Under the pieces are notes generated by a model. That model did not search any database and was not told the DNA's origin. It was given only the letters and a program-made list of their open reading frames with translations. Shown in pieces: positions 1 through 7,803 of a DNA stretch of 64,000 nt. The DNA lies in assembly GCA_963764075.1 (NCBI GenBank), contig CAVXQZ010000002.1, positions 76,915 to 140,914 on the forward strand, given 5' to 3'. A program made the translations under genes and the position numbers. Position 1 is the first letter of the stretch; the number at the start of each line of letters is the position of its first letter. This stretch comes from an uncultured delta proteobacterium. GTDB taxonomy: Bacteria; Myxococcota_A; Polyangia; Polyangiales; Polyangiaceae.

Positions 1-44
1 GCCCTATTGACTGGACCAACGCGAAGGGGCAAAGGAAACTCGAT

Positions 45-374
45 ATGGCGAAGAAAGACACCGCGAAGAAGAAGCCTCTGACCAAGAGCGCGCTCCTCCA
101 GGCCGTCACGGACACGGTCGGGGACGGGCTTTCACGAAGACAGGTGACTCAGGTAATCGAGACGCTCGTCAGCGTCGGCCACACGGAGCTGAAGAAGAAC
201 GGCGTGTTCACGCTGCCCGGTTTTGCCAAGTTCGTCGTGGTCAAGAAGCCGGCTCGACCTGCGCGCGAGGGGATCAATCCCTTCACCAAGGAGAAGCAGA
301 AGTTCGCGGCAAAACCCGCCAGCAAGGGCGTGCGCGCAAGACCCGTAAAGGCGATAAAGGACTCGGTTCTCTGA
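45..374 (+). CDS. HU/IHF-family nucleoid-associated DNA-binding protein with a Lys-rich N-terminal tail
   Basis: 109-aa ORF. The core LSRRQVTQVIETLVSVGHTELKKNGVFTLPGFAKFVVVKKPARPAREGINPFTKEK has the HU/IHF beta-arm signature (R-x-G-x-N-P-x-T). N-terminal tail is MAKKDTAKKKP. Confidence 0.85.
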   Translation: MAKKDTAKKKPLTKSALLQAVTDTVGDGLSRRQVTQVIETLVSVGHTELKKNGVFTLPGFAKFVVVKKPARPAREGINPFTKEKQKFAAKPASKGVRARPVKAIKDSVL

Positions 375-585
375 TAAAGCACGCAGCGGCTGATAAACCA
401 TCCGCCCTTCGGGCTCCCATGGCCCCGTGAGCACTGAGCCCGCACCGTCGCCGCGCGCCTTCCGGGCGGCGACGTATTACGCGAGACCATGACCCGCGAC
501 GTACGGGCGGAACGATAGGTGCTACCGAGAACGAAGTTCCGAAGAATGGGAATGCGCGCCATCGCCTGTTGTAGACTGGCCATCG

Positions 586-990
586 ATGTCCAACGCCTTT
601 CGTTCTCAAGTATCTGAGCTCACGAGGTCGCTCGTGGAATCGATCCTGGTGGCGGCTCGGTCGGCTCCCTTGGAGGAGCTCTGGTCCGATCCCCGTGGTA
701 CTCGCCATGAACCCCGTCGCAACGGCGGCGTCGCGGCGAGCAGGCTTCCGGCAGTCGACTGGTCCGCTGGCGATCGCGGTCGGCCTACGCAAGCCGCGGC
801 GAAAACGCTCGAGCTTGTCGTGCTGCTCTTGAGGGGCCAACCGGGGGGCATGCGCGCAGAGTACCTCCGCAAGAAGCTTGGAGTCTCCAAGCCGGAGATT
901 ACGCGGGCTCTCAAACAAGGACTCGAGTCCAAGAAGATCGTCAGCAAAGGTGAGAGACGCGCGACGACCTATTTCGCGGCGGCGCCATAG
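586..990 (+). CDS. hypothetical protein with a C-terminal winged-helix-like module
   Basis: 134-aa ORF. The C-terminus MRAEYLRKKLGVSKPEITRALKQGLESKKIVSKGERRATTYFA looks like an HTH plus wing. No family recognised. Confidence 0.45.
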   Translation: MSNAFRSQVSELTRSLVESILVAARSAPLEELWSDPRGTRHEPRRNGGVAASRLPAVDWSAGDRGRPTQAAAKTLELVVLLLRGQPGGMRAEYLRKKLGVSKPEITRALKQGLESKKIVSKGERRATTYFAAAP

Positions 991-1302
991 CCATAGCGAC
1001 CCTTCTCGGGGCTGCGAGCGACATCGGCCTGCCGCCAACGCTAGGGGCTACCGGGTTTAGCGCCTGCGGTCGAGGGCCAGGTTACAGCCCGTCGCGAGGC
1101 CATTGATCGCGACGAGGTAGGCGAGGGCGGCGAGCGCCAACGGCCTCGAGCCCGAGCACGTTCTCGTCCACCTGCCGGGGCTGAACATCCGGGTCGACCA
1201 CGCGGGGCTCGGCGCCAATCATGCGGCGCTCGAGGTGACGGAAGGCAGGAAGCCCTGGTTTTCACCTCGACATCGAGACAGTGTCGGCCGAGCATCTCGA
1301 AC

Positions 1303-2187
1303 ATGCCCCGCGAGTCGCCGCCCTGGCCGAAGACCTACACGGCGACGGAAGCGCCCAAGGAGGTGCTCGACCTCGCCGCGCGTGTGATGCCGCTTCTCCT
1401 CGCAAGCGACCACGCAACGTGCATCCAACTTCGGAAGCAGTACGCGAGGGCCCGCATCCAACAGGTCGAGCTGACGGGGGCTGGGTTCTTCGTCACCTTC
1501 GAGGTCCCCGCCGACGTCGCACGCACGACGCCCCCGAACCTTCAGGGAGGCGACGTGCACATCCGGGTCGAAGGAGTCGAGCATGGGGCCGGCTGCGTCC
1601 TCTTCGTCCGAGATGGGGTCCTCTCGATGCTGGAGGGCTATACCTACGGCGAGGAATGGCCGGAGCACCCGCTGATCGTCGAGCTTCGGGAGGCGACTCC
1701 GCTTGCGCCGCCCGGCGAGCCAACGCGTCGCTTGATAGACGTGGGCGGACTCGTCGAAGAGACGAGCGTTTGCCTTGCCGTCTACGGCGAGGATCTCGAC
1801 CCCGCAGCCGTCACTGCGCTTCTCGGTTCCTCACCGACCTCCGCGCATCGCAGAGGGGACCGTCGCGGTCCGCGTAGCCCTCCAGCGAAGGGAGGTGGCT
1901 GGTTTCTCGAAGTTCGTGGCAAGGCGCCAGAGGGGCCGGACGAACTCGCGCTCGCTCTCCTCGGTCGCCTGCCGGAGGACGAGAGCGTCTGGATCAAGCT
2001 CTGCGAGTTGTACGAGGTCCAGCTTCGATTCGGCATCCACATGACCGGATGGAATCGAGGCTTCGGCCTATCGCCGGCGACCACGACGAGGGTCGCCAGC
2101 CTGCGCGCCAGCATGGTGTTCAATATCTACGCTTACGATGGCGAAGAAGGCATGGGTCACGATGATCACGATCGTCCGGCACCATAA
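1303..2187 (+). CDS. two-domain hypothetical protein: N-terminal immunity-like domain plus C-terminal DUF4279-like domain
   Basis: 294-aa ORF. The C-terminal half (VCLAVYGEDLDPAAVTALLGSSPTSAHRRGD...WFLEV...LYEVQLRFGIHMTGWNRGFGLSP...MVFNIYAY) follows the DUF4279 pattern. The N-terminal half (ELTGAGFFVTFEVP...GAGCVLFVRDGVLSMLEGYTYGEEWPE) resembles small immunity-type proteins. Confidence 0.6.
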   Translation: MPRESPPWPKTYTATEAPKEVLDLAARVMPLLLASDHATCIQLRKQYARARIQQVELTGAGFFVTFEVPADVARTTPPNLQGGDVHIRVEGVEHGAGCVLFVRDGVLSMLEGYTYGEEWPEHPLIVELREATPLAPPGEPTRRLIDVGGLVEETSVCLAVYGEDLDPAAVTALLGSSPTSAHRRGDRRGPRSPPAKGGGWFLEVRGKAPEGPDELALALLGRLPEDESVWIKLCELYEVQLRFGIHMTGWNRGFGLSPATTTRVASLRASMVFNIYAYDGEEGMGHDDHDRPAP

Positions 2188-2719
2188 CGAGCCTATCGGC
2201 CACCGATTTTTACGTCGCGGCCCCGGCGTCCCCGTGTCCGAGGCTTGCCGGAAGCTTGGGACTACTACTCCCCGAAGAGGCGCTCCGCTCTGCTGTGACG
2301 CGGCTCACCGGAGCGGCGGCAAGCGGACATGTGCCGCGCGATGGCGGTGCCGCGGTTGTAGACGATGACCATGTGCACGAGGAGCTTCAAAGTCCCACCA
2401 CGCTGGCACGTCCGCCCTGGGTCGAAGGCCGCCTCTGAATCGAAGGCGCTATCAGCAAAGTCAGACCGCTTGTCCGCCGGCCCCGCTCACCGGATGCGGG
2501 CAAGTTGGAGTGTGTTCACGCTTGCATCGAAGACATCGACTATCCGCCGAAGCGCGAATCCGATCGCGCGATGGTGCGTCAGTTGGGGACGGGCGCGTGG
2601 ATCGCCTCCCAAATTGGTCGACCAATCGACGAAGACGGTCGGTTGCGGTCAAGCCGATAACGCGTGATCGGTCAAGTCTCGACCCTTGCCGGCTTGCGCC
2701 CGCTTGCACGGCCTACTCG

Positions 2720-2887
2720 CTCCTGCAATGCATTACGGCGCGTCCCATCTTCGCCAGCGCTGCGAAGGACAACGTCGCGTCGCCTCGCGTGCTCGAGAAG
2801 TGCGGCTTCACAGTCCGCGGCTCAGGGAGAGCCTTCGCGAGCGCGCGCGGTGAGGAGATTGACGAGGTTTTTCTAGTGTTCCACTGA
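2720..2887 (+). pseudogene. C-terminal remnant of a GNAT (RimJ/RimL-type) N-acetyltransferase
   Basis: Only the last ~55 codons look GNAT-like (LLQCITARPIFASAAKDNVASPRVLEKCGFTVRGSGRAFASARGEEIDEVFLVFH). The acetyl-CoA-binding part is absent in this frame. A possible frameshifted piece (VSWGRARG) lies in another frame near 2580-2640. Confidence 0.55.
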
Positions 2888-3055
2888 TGACGGTAGTGGC
2901 GTCCCTGGCGAAAGCATTACTAACGGGACCGGGCACCGGCGAAACTGGTGAAAATGGGACCCTCGGGAACCGGCGGCGACACTCTACGGCGGAGCGAAAG
3001 CGTCCTGTTCGAGACCGGTCTATCCAGGCCATCCTCCGGCCCCGAGCCCGACCCC

Positions 3056-3379
3056 TCAGTTGGGCGAAGACGGACCGTGAGGGAAGTCTTTCGCGCGAAG
3101 CCGGTCGCCCCCGGCGATGAGGAAGTGGATGTCCACCGTGCTCTCCGTACGGTCCGGTTGCACCGTGACGTGGATATGTTCTTGAGGGAGGGCGTTCCCT
3201 GGAACGTACCCGAACAACCACACCTCCAGGCAGCTTCGCAGCTCGCGGATGTGCTCGACGTGCCACATGAGCCGATCTCCGAGCGCGCTCATGTTCGCGC
3301 GTATGGCCTTGCACCTGTCCGTGGCTTCGAACCTTTCGCGCAACTCTTGACTGATTCTCGTGGAGTACGTGATGGGCAT
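3056..3379 (-). CDS. hypothetical 107-aa protein, downstream partner of the nuclease-like gene
   Basis: Starts 25 nt after the stop of the 3404-4639 gene on the same strand. Third-codon positions are GC-biased in this frame, while the overlapping plus-strand ORF looks like antisense noise. No family recognised. Confidence 0.5.
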   Translation of the reverse strand: MPITYSTRISQELRERFEATDRCKAIRANMSALGDRLMWHVEHIRELRSCLEVWLFGYVPGNALPQEHIHVTVQPDRTESTVDIHFLIAGGDRLRAKDFPHGPSSPN

Positions 3380-3403
3380 AGGGGAACCTGGTCCAACGAG
3401 AGA

Positions 3404-4639
3404 TTACTTCGGGACGTCGAACGCGAGCACGGTCACAGTAAGCTCCCGGCTCGGGTCGCTCTTGTGAGACAAGACCGCCCGGAAGCGCGTTTCGCCGTTC
3501 GGCTTCTCCTCGCGCTTGAAGTTCGGGTGCGACCGCAGCCCGTCCGGAAGCTTCGCCAGCACCGTTGAGAATTGCGTGTCGCGGTTGAATACGACGATCG
3601 CCGTCTTGGTATCGCGCCACGAGGCGTACCCAAGGAGCTGGTCGATGGTCTCGTGGAACCCCTTAGGACCGCTCCAAAACTTGCACTCGGCGATGAACAC
3701 GTTCTTGCCGCCGTCTCGCACGAGGATGTCCGTCTTGCCCTCGACGTTGAACGTCTCACCGGTCGCCGAACCCTCGTAGTGACCGTTGAGCTGCACGACG
3801 AAGTGCCAGCGAAGGTGCTCCTCACCCAAGGCCGTGAACGCCGACGGGCTACGCTCCAGGACGAGCGCCATGTTCTGCATGACGGTCAAGATGTGCTCGT
3901 AATCGTCGTCGGCTAGCGCGGGCTCTGGTTTGAATGGTGCGCTGCTCGCTACGGGCGGTGGAGCGATCTTTCGCCGGACACTGGGCGCAGCGTACGTGGT
4001 CGGCATGCCCTCCCTTCGCCGCAGCCGATACCCGAGCGAGGCGACCACGCCGTGAGTTTTGAGGAGCCGCGCCCTCCGTTCCTCGACAGAGCGTCTAATT
4101 GCGCGCGGAAGCCGGTTTTTGTTGAGGTCTTCGACCTCCGACGTGATGCTGCGGATGTGGTTACGGATCTGGGCGAGCTGGTTGGTAAGCTGGACTTCCA
4201 CGCCTGCTTCCTGGTTGGCAGGCACAGTGAACGTCAGCACGAGGTCGTTGTCGCGGACCGTCCCACGCGGAGCGTTGAGCGTGAACGTGCCCGGCTGAAA
4301 CTTGAACAGTTCGGCCTCTCCGGTGAAGGGGACGTAGAAGCTAAAGGCCGTCGCCGGGATGGTCGGCTGATGGTCCCCATATTCCCACCTACCGTGCGGT
4401 AGCCGGCTTGTCTCCAGGGTCGCCTCCCTGGTCTCCATCGTGATCTGACTGTCGTCCGCCAGCGAGAGCGGTTCAATCTGGAGCTTCTCCACGAAGTAGG
4501 TGCACAGGTCGTCGAGCGGGGTGTTGAGCAGCCGGTTGCCGTCAAAGGCGTCAACCTCCTTTTCCACGGCTTCTTCCCGCGCACGCAGCGACGCGCTGAG
4601 GTGCCCTTGCGAGAACAAGGGTCTGTCGTCATGCGCCAT
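3404..4639 (-). CDS. predicted PD-(D/E)xK (Mrr-cat / restriction-endonuclease-like) nuclease-domain protein with an unknown ~270-aa N-terminal region
   Basis: The C-terminal GKTDILVRDGGKNVFIAECKFWSGPKGFHETIDQLLGY fits a D...E-x-K core. The ATG at 4639 is preceded by AGGAGG (4646-4651), so it is preferred over the GTG at 4666. The gene ends in a TAA stop. Confidence 0.6.
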   Translation of the reverse strand: MAHDDRPLFSQGHLSASLRAREEAVEKEVDAFDGNRLLNTPLDDLCTYFVEKLQIEPLSLADDSQITMETREATLETSRLPHGRWEYGDHQPTIPATAFSFYVPFTGEAELFKFQPGTFTLNAPRGTVRDNDLVLTFTVPANQEAGVEVQLTNQLAQIRNHIRSITSEVEDLNKNRLPRAIRRSVEERRARLLKTHGVVASLGYRLRRREGMPTTYAAPSVRRKIAPPPVASSAPFKPEPALADDDYEHILTVMQNMALVLERSPSAFTALGEEHLRWHFVVQLNGHYEGSATGETFNVEGKTDILVRDGGKNVFIAECKFWSGPKGFHETIDQLLGYASWRDTKTAIVVFNRDTQFSTVLAKLPDGLRSHPNFKREEKPNGETRFRAVLSHKSDPSRELTVTVLAFDVPK

Positions 4640-5198
4640 TATGATCCTCCTGGCCTCCCGCGGCACTGCTCAGCACGCCGCGCACGTCATGTCCAGTGCC
4701 GGCCTGCTCCACACCGACTAACACGCCGATCCACGACACCTCGTGTGGGCCGTCAATCCTTCTTCGCCTTTGATGGCTGACTGCGTCGCGCTGACGCCCG
4801 TGACCATCCCGGGGCTCGCAGGCGCCCGAGCGGTTTCGATCGCCACCGACGGCGCAGGAAATTTCGCGTCGTCGCCGAGATTGGATGCACGCCACAATCC
4901 ATCGTGCTGGCTCACGGCACCCTCGCGGGCGGTTTAACCCGCACGATTACCGTCGTTCCCCGGGGAATGTCCGCGGCCGTCCAGCCCACCGTCGGGTGGG
5001 CCGCAACGCGTGCCGTGCCGGGCGAGCCACAAAGCTCTTGGGTGGTCAGCTAGATCGCCGCGGGTGGGGGCGCGTTGCACGCGCTCGCGATGCGCTTCGA
5101 CGCCAACAGCGTTGGGGGGAATCCTCGATCCGGGCGCGGCGGCCGGTGCGACGGTCACGTAAGTTGGCCGGACCGTTGAAGCTTGGCGTCCAATCCTT

Positions 5199-6440
5199 TC
5201 ACGGCCCCGACGGGGAGGCTGGCGAAGGGGTCGCATCCGACGTACCGCACGGCGAGATCTTGGTTTCGAGCTGCGTGCGATCGCTCGGCGCCCAGTCGAC
5301 GACGAACGGGTTCGCCTGCCGCTTCATTTGCTCTGCCCGTGGAGGTCGGCGTTCGGCCCGGTTGTCAAGACCGTCGCCGCGTTTCCACCACCCCCGCCAG
5401 CCTGGTCCGAAGAGTCGCTCGATGTCTGCCTTCATCTGTGCGTGAGAAACAGCCGATTCAGCGGCCGGCGCGGATTGCGGCGACGGGGCGCGTGCCTCAC
5501 CGTTGTGGGGGGCCCGAAGGCGTCCGTTGCGCTCGTCGGCGAGCCGCCGGCGCCGGCCATGCTCCACATGGTCTAAGAAGTGGTCGAGCTTGCCCCAGAT
5601 GAAACGAACCGTCGGTGGTCCTTCCTTCGACGCGAGAAACGCGCCTCCAATGGCATCGCGTAGGGCAAGCATCTTCTCACCGCTATTGCCATCGAGCGCG
5701 CTTGCGCATGCGGCCACCAGGGTAACGTCACCCGCGTCAAAATAGCGCGGGGCAGGGCGTGTCGGGTGCTTGCGCGTCATGCGCTCGCTGAGCGCGATCC
5801 GCGCCAGGTCCCGATCCTCCTCGGTGACGGGTGCGGCTTGTTCTTCTTTCGCGTCGTTCGGCGCTCCGACAGCCGGAGCATCGCAAGAAGAAGGTTTAAT
5901 CTGATCTTTCTCTCTGAGTTCCCCGGAAGCGCCTTCCGGTGGCCCACCGGCGTGGTTTTCCGGTGGGTGAGTCGCGGTAGGCGCCAGCGTCCTTGGCGAC
6001 GGGACGTCGGTCCGAAGCGCCTTCGCCCGATCGCGCGGGAAGCGTTCCACGAAGTCTGCGAGCGCGGCGAGCGTCACGAGCCCGGGCGCGTAGAAGATTC
6101 GCACCGATCCGTCCGGTCGCCGTTCGTGCCGCACTCGGATGAAGCCAGCGCGTTCGAGTAAGTCGGCTTGGTCGCGGACGGCGCGGGTCGACCATCCACT
6201 GAAGCGCCCGAGCGTGTCTTGGCTCGGCCACGCCTCGGCGTTGCCCTGCCAGTGGACAGCAATCCCGATGAAGAGCGCCCAAGGCCCTTTGCTCAGTCTC
6301 TGAAACTCGGCATTACGAGCGCGCAGTTCGAGAAGCGCCAGACCGAAGTTGTCTCGAAGTCGAATCCTCTCACGTATAGGAAACACGTCATCGTCGCGCT
6401 CTTCCGGACCGGCCGGGAGAGCGTTTGCTGCACTCAACAT
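5199..6440 (-). CDS. wHTH protein of the replication-initiator/HTH_36 type, typical of integrative elements
   Basis: 413-aa ORF. The N-terminal segment AWPSQDTLGRFSGWSTRAVRDQADLLERAGFIRVRHERRPDGSVRIFY is a winged helix of the kind seen in phage or ICE Rep-like proteins. The rest is low-complexity. Confidence 0.5.
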   Translation of the reverse strand: MLSAANALPAGPEERDDDVFPIRERIRLRDNFGLALLELRARNAEFQRLSKGPWALFIGIAVHWQGNAEAWPSQDTLGRFSGWSTRAVRDQADLLERAGFIRVRHERRPDGSVRIFYAPGLVTLAALADFVERFPRDRAKALRTDVPSPRTLAPTATHPPENHAGGPPEGASGELREKDQIKPSSCDAPAVGAPNDAKEEQAAPVTEEDRDLARIALSERMTRKHPTRPAPRYFDAGDVTLVAACASALDGNSGEKMLALRDAIGGAFLASKEGPPTVRFIWGKLDHFLDHVEHGRRRRLADERNGRLRAPHNGEARAPSPQSAPAAESAVSHAQMKADIERLFGPGWRGWWKRGDGLDNRAERRPPRAEQMKRQANPFVVDWAPSDRTQLETKISPCGTSDATPSPASPSGP

Positions 6441-7093
6441 TGCGTGCGCCCCTCCGCGCCAAGCGGCGCGGCGAAGGGCCTCGAGGAGGGCACACGATCG
6501 CCGATCACGTCCTGCGCGATGAGCGGGCGTGTCCTCTCGGGGCGTTCGTTCCTGAAGCGCGTGGCGCGCTCCATGCGAGCGGCGTCTTCAACGTCGCGTC
6601 GCCTTGGGAGTCGGCGCGCAAACAGTCTTGCGCACGGACAAGCGAACTCCTATGCTTTGGCTCGAAGCGGCGAGTGAAACCACTTCCGAGACAAAGCTCT
6701 CGAACCGGCCTTGTTTGATGCGGGTGGCTCCGCAACGAACAAGGCCGAAGTTCTTTGTGCCACCCGCGCCTAGCTCATGGTGGCCTCCGCGTCGGAGCGC
6801 AGCACGCCCTTGATACGGTGAGCCGGATGCAGCGCGTCAGCGGGGCGGGTGAGCGACGCATCGACGCGCAACGTCTTCGCGGCGACAGCCGGCATCATCG
6901 CGAGAGCGACGTCCCGCTTCGGGATCACCCGTGGGTCGCGCTCATCGTTCGCGATCGAGTAGCACGTCAGTTCCGCCCGTGCTGAACGGGAGGCACCTAC
7001 TGAACGGCTGCCTTCACACCGTTTTTCACACCGTTCGGGTGGCCACTCATAGCGTCGGCTGACCGGACCCGGACAGCAGATCCTCGAGAAAAG

Positions 7094-7138
7094 TGGAGCG
7101 GGAGAAGGGATTTGAACCCTCGACGTCCACCTTGGCAA
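7094..7138 (-). pseudogene. 3' half of tRNA-Gly(GCC), from the anticodon loop to CCA, with no matching 5' half (att-type remnant)
   Basis: The minus strand reads TTGCCAA-GGTGG-ACGTC-GAGGG-TTCAAAT-CCCTT-CTCCCGC-T-CCA. That is anticodon loop (GCC), stem 3' strand, variable loop, T-arm, acceptor 3' strand, U73 discriminator and CCA. The upstream 37 nt lack a D-arm and do not pair with the acceptor strand. Confidence 0.75.
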
Positions 7139-7499
7139 ATTGGATGCGGCATTCAACGGGATGCGCGCTCCCTGCGCGCCAGAACACGCAGCGAAGATTC
7201 CGGAGACACGCTGGTCGCCGCGCCGCGCGCCTCATTGAGGCCGTCGGCGGGAGCAGAGGTTTGGCTGAGCTCAGGAGGCGGACCAGATTCGAAAGGAGCT
7301 CTGGGCTCTTGGGCGTGATCCGCAGGGGCAGGCGGTTCTGCAGGCCGGGCAGAATTTGCTCTTTCCCCGCGCGTGACACCGCTCGTCTGCGCCAGCCTTC
7401 GCGCCTCGAGCTCGCGAGCCAGCTGAACCACTACGTCGAATCGACCGGCGGCGGCCGCTCGCCCCAGCGCTTCGACCAGCGTCATCGAGATGGGGTCGT

Positions 7500-7557
7500 G
7501 ATTGCCCGATGATTGCCCGATGCCGGTCTCGCCTCGTGCGATCTCGGGCGATCTCGT
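7500..7557. repeat. two adjacent short tandem duplications (11 bp x2, then 10 bp x2)
   Basis: gattgcccgat is repeated at 7500-7521 and gcgatctcg(g/t) is repeated at 7538-7557. The 11-bp duplication shifts the reading frame of the ORF that crosses it. Confidence 0.85.
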
Positions 7558-7613
7558 GTCGCCTTGGTGCTTGTTTGCTCGGTTTTCCGAAAAGTCGGCC
7601 TCGGTGTCCTGAG

Positions 7614-7652
7614 TTTTAAATCCGCTGCGTCTGCCGATTCCGCCAAGGGGCC
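7614..7652 (-). pseudogene. 5' half of tRNA-Leu(UAA), from the acceptor to the end of the anticodon loop, with the 3' half missing
   Basis: The minus strand reads GGCCCCT-TG-GCGGAATCGGCAGACGC-A-GCGGA-TTTAAAA, near-identical in pattern to bacterial tRNA-Leu(UAA) 5' halves. The sequence after the loop (CTCAG...) cannot close the anticodon stem, and no T-arm follows. Confidence 0.7.
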
Positions 7653-7803
7653 GAAGAACGTTGGCTTCTGTGCTCGCGACTAGGCCGCGCCGGCACAGGA
7701 TCGTTGAGGAATCGGTCGCGCACAAGACTTGATCGGAAACCGGCGTTGGCGCGCGCTCAGGACCCGGAGCGGCGCGCCAGGTCGCATTCGCCTCCCCGCG
7801 CTC

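Larger units (their letters stand above)
1303..7652. mobile_element. probable decayed genomic island or integrative-element graveyard (boundaries uncertain)
   Basis: Contains two tRNA half-genes, a GNAT remnant, a Rep-like wHTH protein and a nuclease cassette ending in a TAA stop, which is unusual for this genome. The region is visibly less GC-rich than the core genes. No intact integrase is present. Confidence 0.35.

Noticed and set aside
2290-2480. A minus-strand reading ...GGTLKLLVHMVIVYNRGTAIARHMSA... as a possible transposase or toxin fragment.
   Set aside because: It is short, has no recognisable catalytic motif and no start codon context. It cannot be distinguished from random open frame in GC-rich DNA.
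7094-7175. An intact tRNA gene on the minus strand.
   Set aside because: The 37 nt upstream of the anticodon loop lack a D-arm (no AGCTCAGTTGG-type sequence), are 6 nt too long, and GCAGGGAG does not pair cleanly with CTCCCGC.
7094-7465. Possible tmRNA (ssrA): a GGACG-T-arm-acceptor 3' end at 7094-7130, and a GGGGCGA...GATTCGACG-like string near 7434-7465 on the minus strand.
   Set aside because: The 3' end is fully explained as tRNA-Gly(GCC): a TTGCCAA anticodon loop, U73 and CCA. No tag-peptide reading frame ending in ...LAA-stop exists in any minus-strand frame. The spacing between the putative acceptor and GATTCGACG is far too long, and the 7-bp acceptor pairing fails.
7094-7652. tRNA-Leu(UAA) interrupted by a group I intron in the anticodon loop, as in cyanobacteria and plastids.
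   Set aside because: The downstream 3' piece has a Gly (GCC) anticodon loop of its own. Its acceptor strand (CTCCCGC) cannot pair with the Leu 5' acceptor (GGCCCCT), and no TCCGC strand is present to close the Leu anticodon stem.
7153-7725. A 190-aa ORF treated as a genuine gene.
   Set aside because: Its 5' half is translated straight through the tRNA-Leu half-gene and the frame-shifting 11-bp duplication. Only the last ~110 codons look protein-like, and those are discussed as a possible integrase tail remnant rather than annotated.
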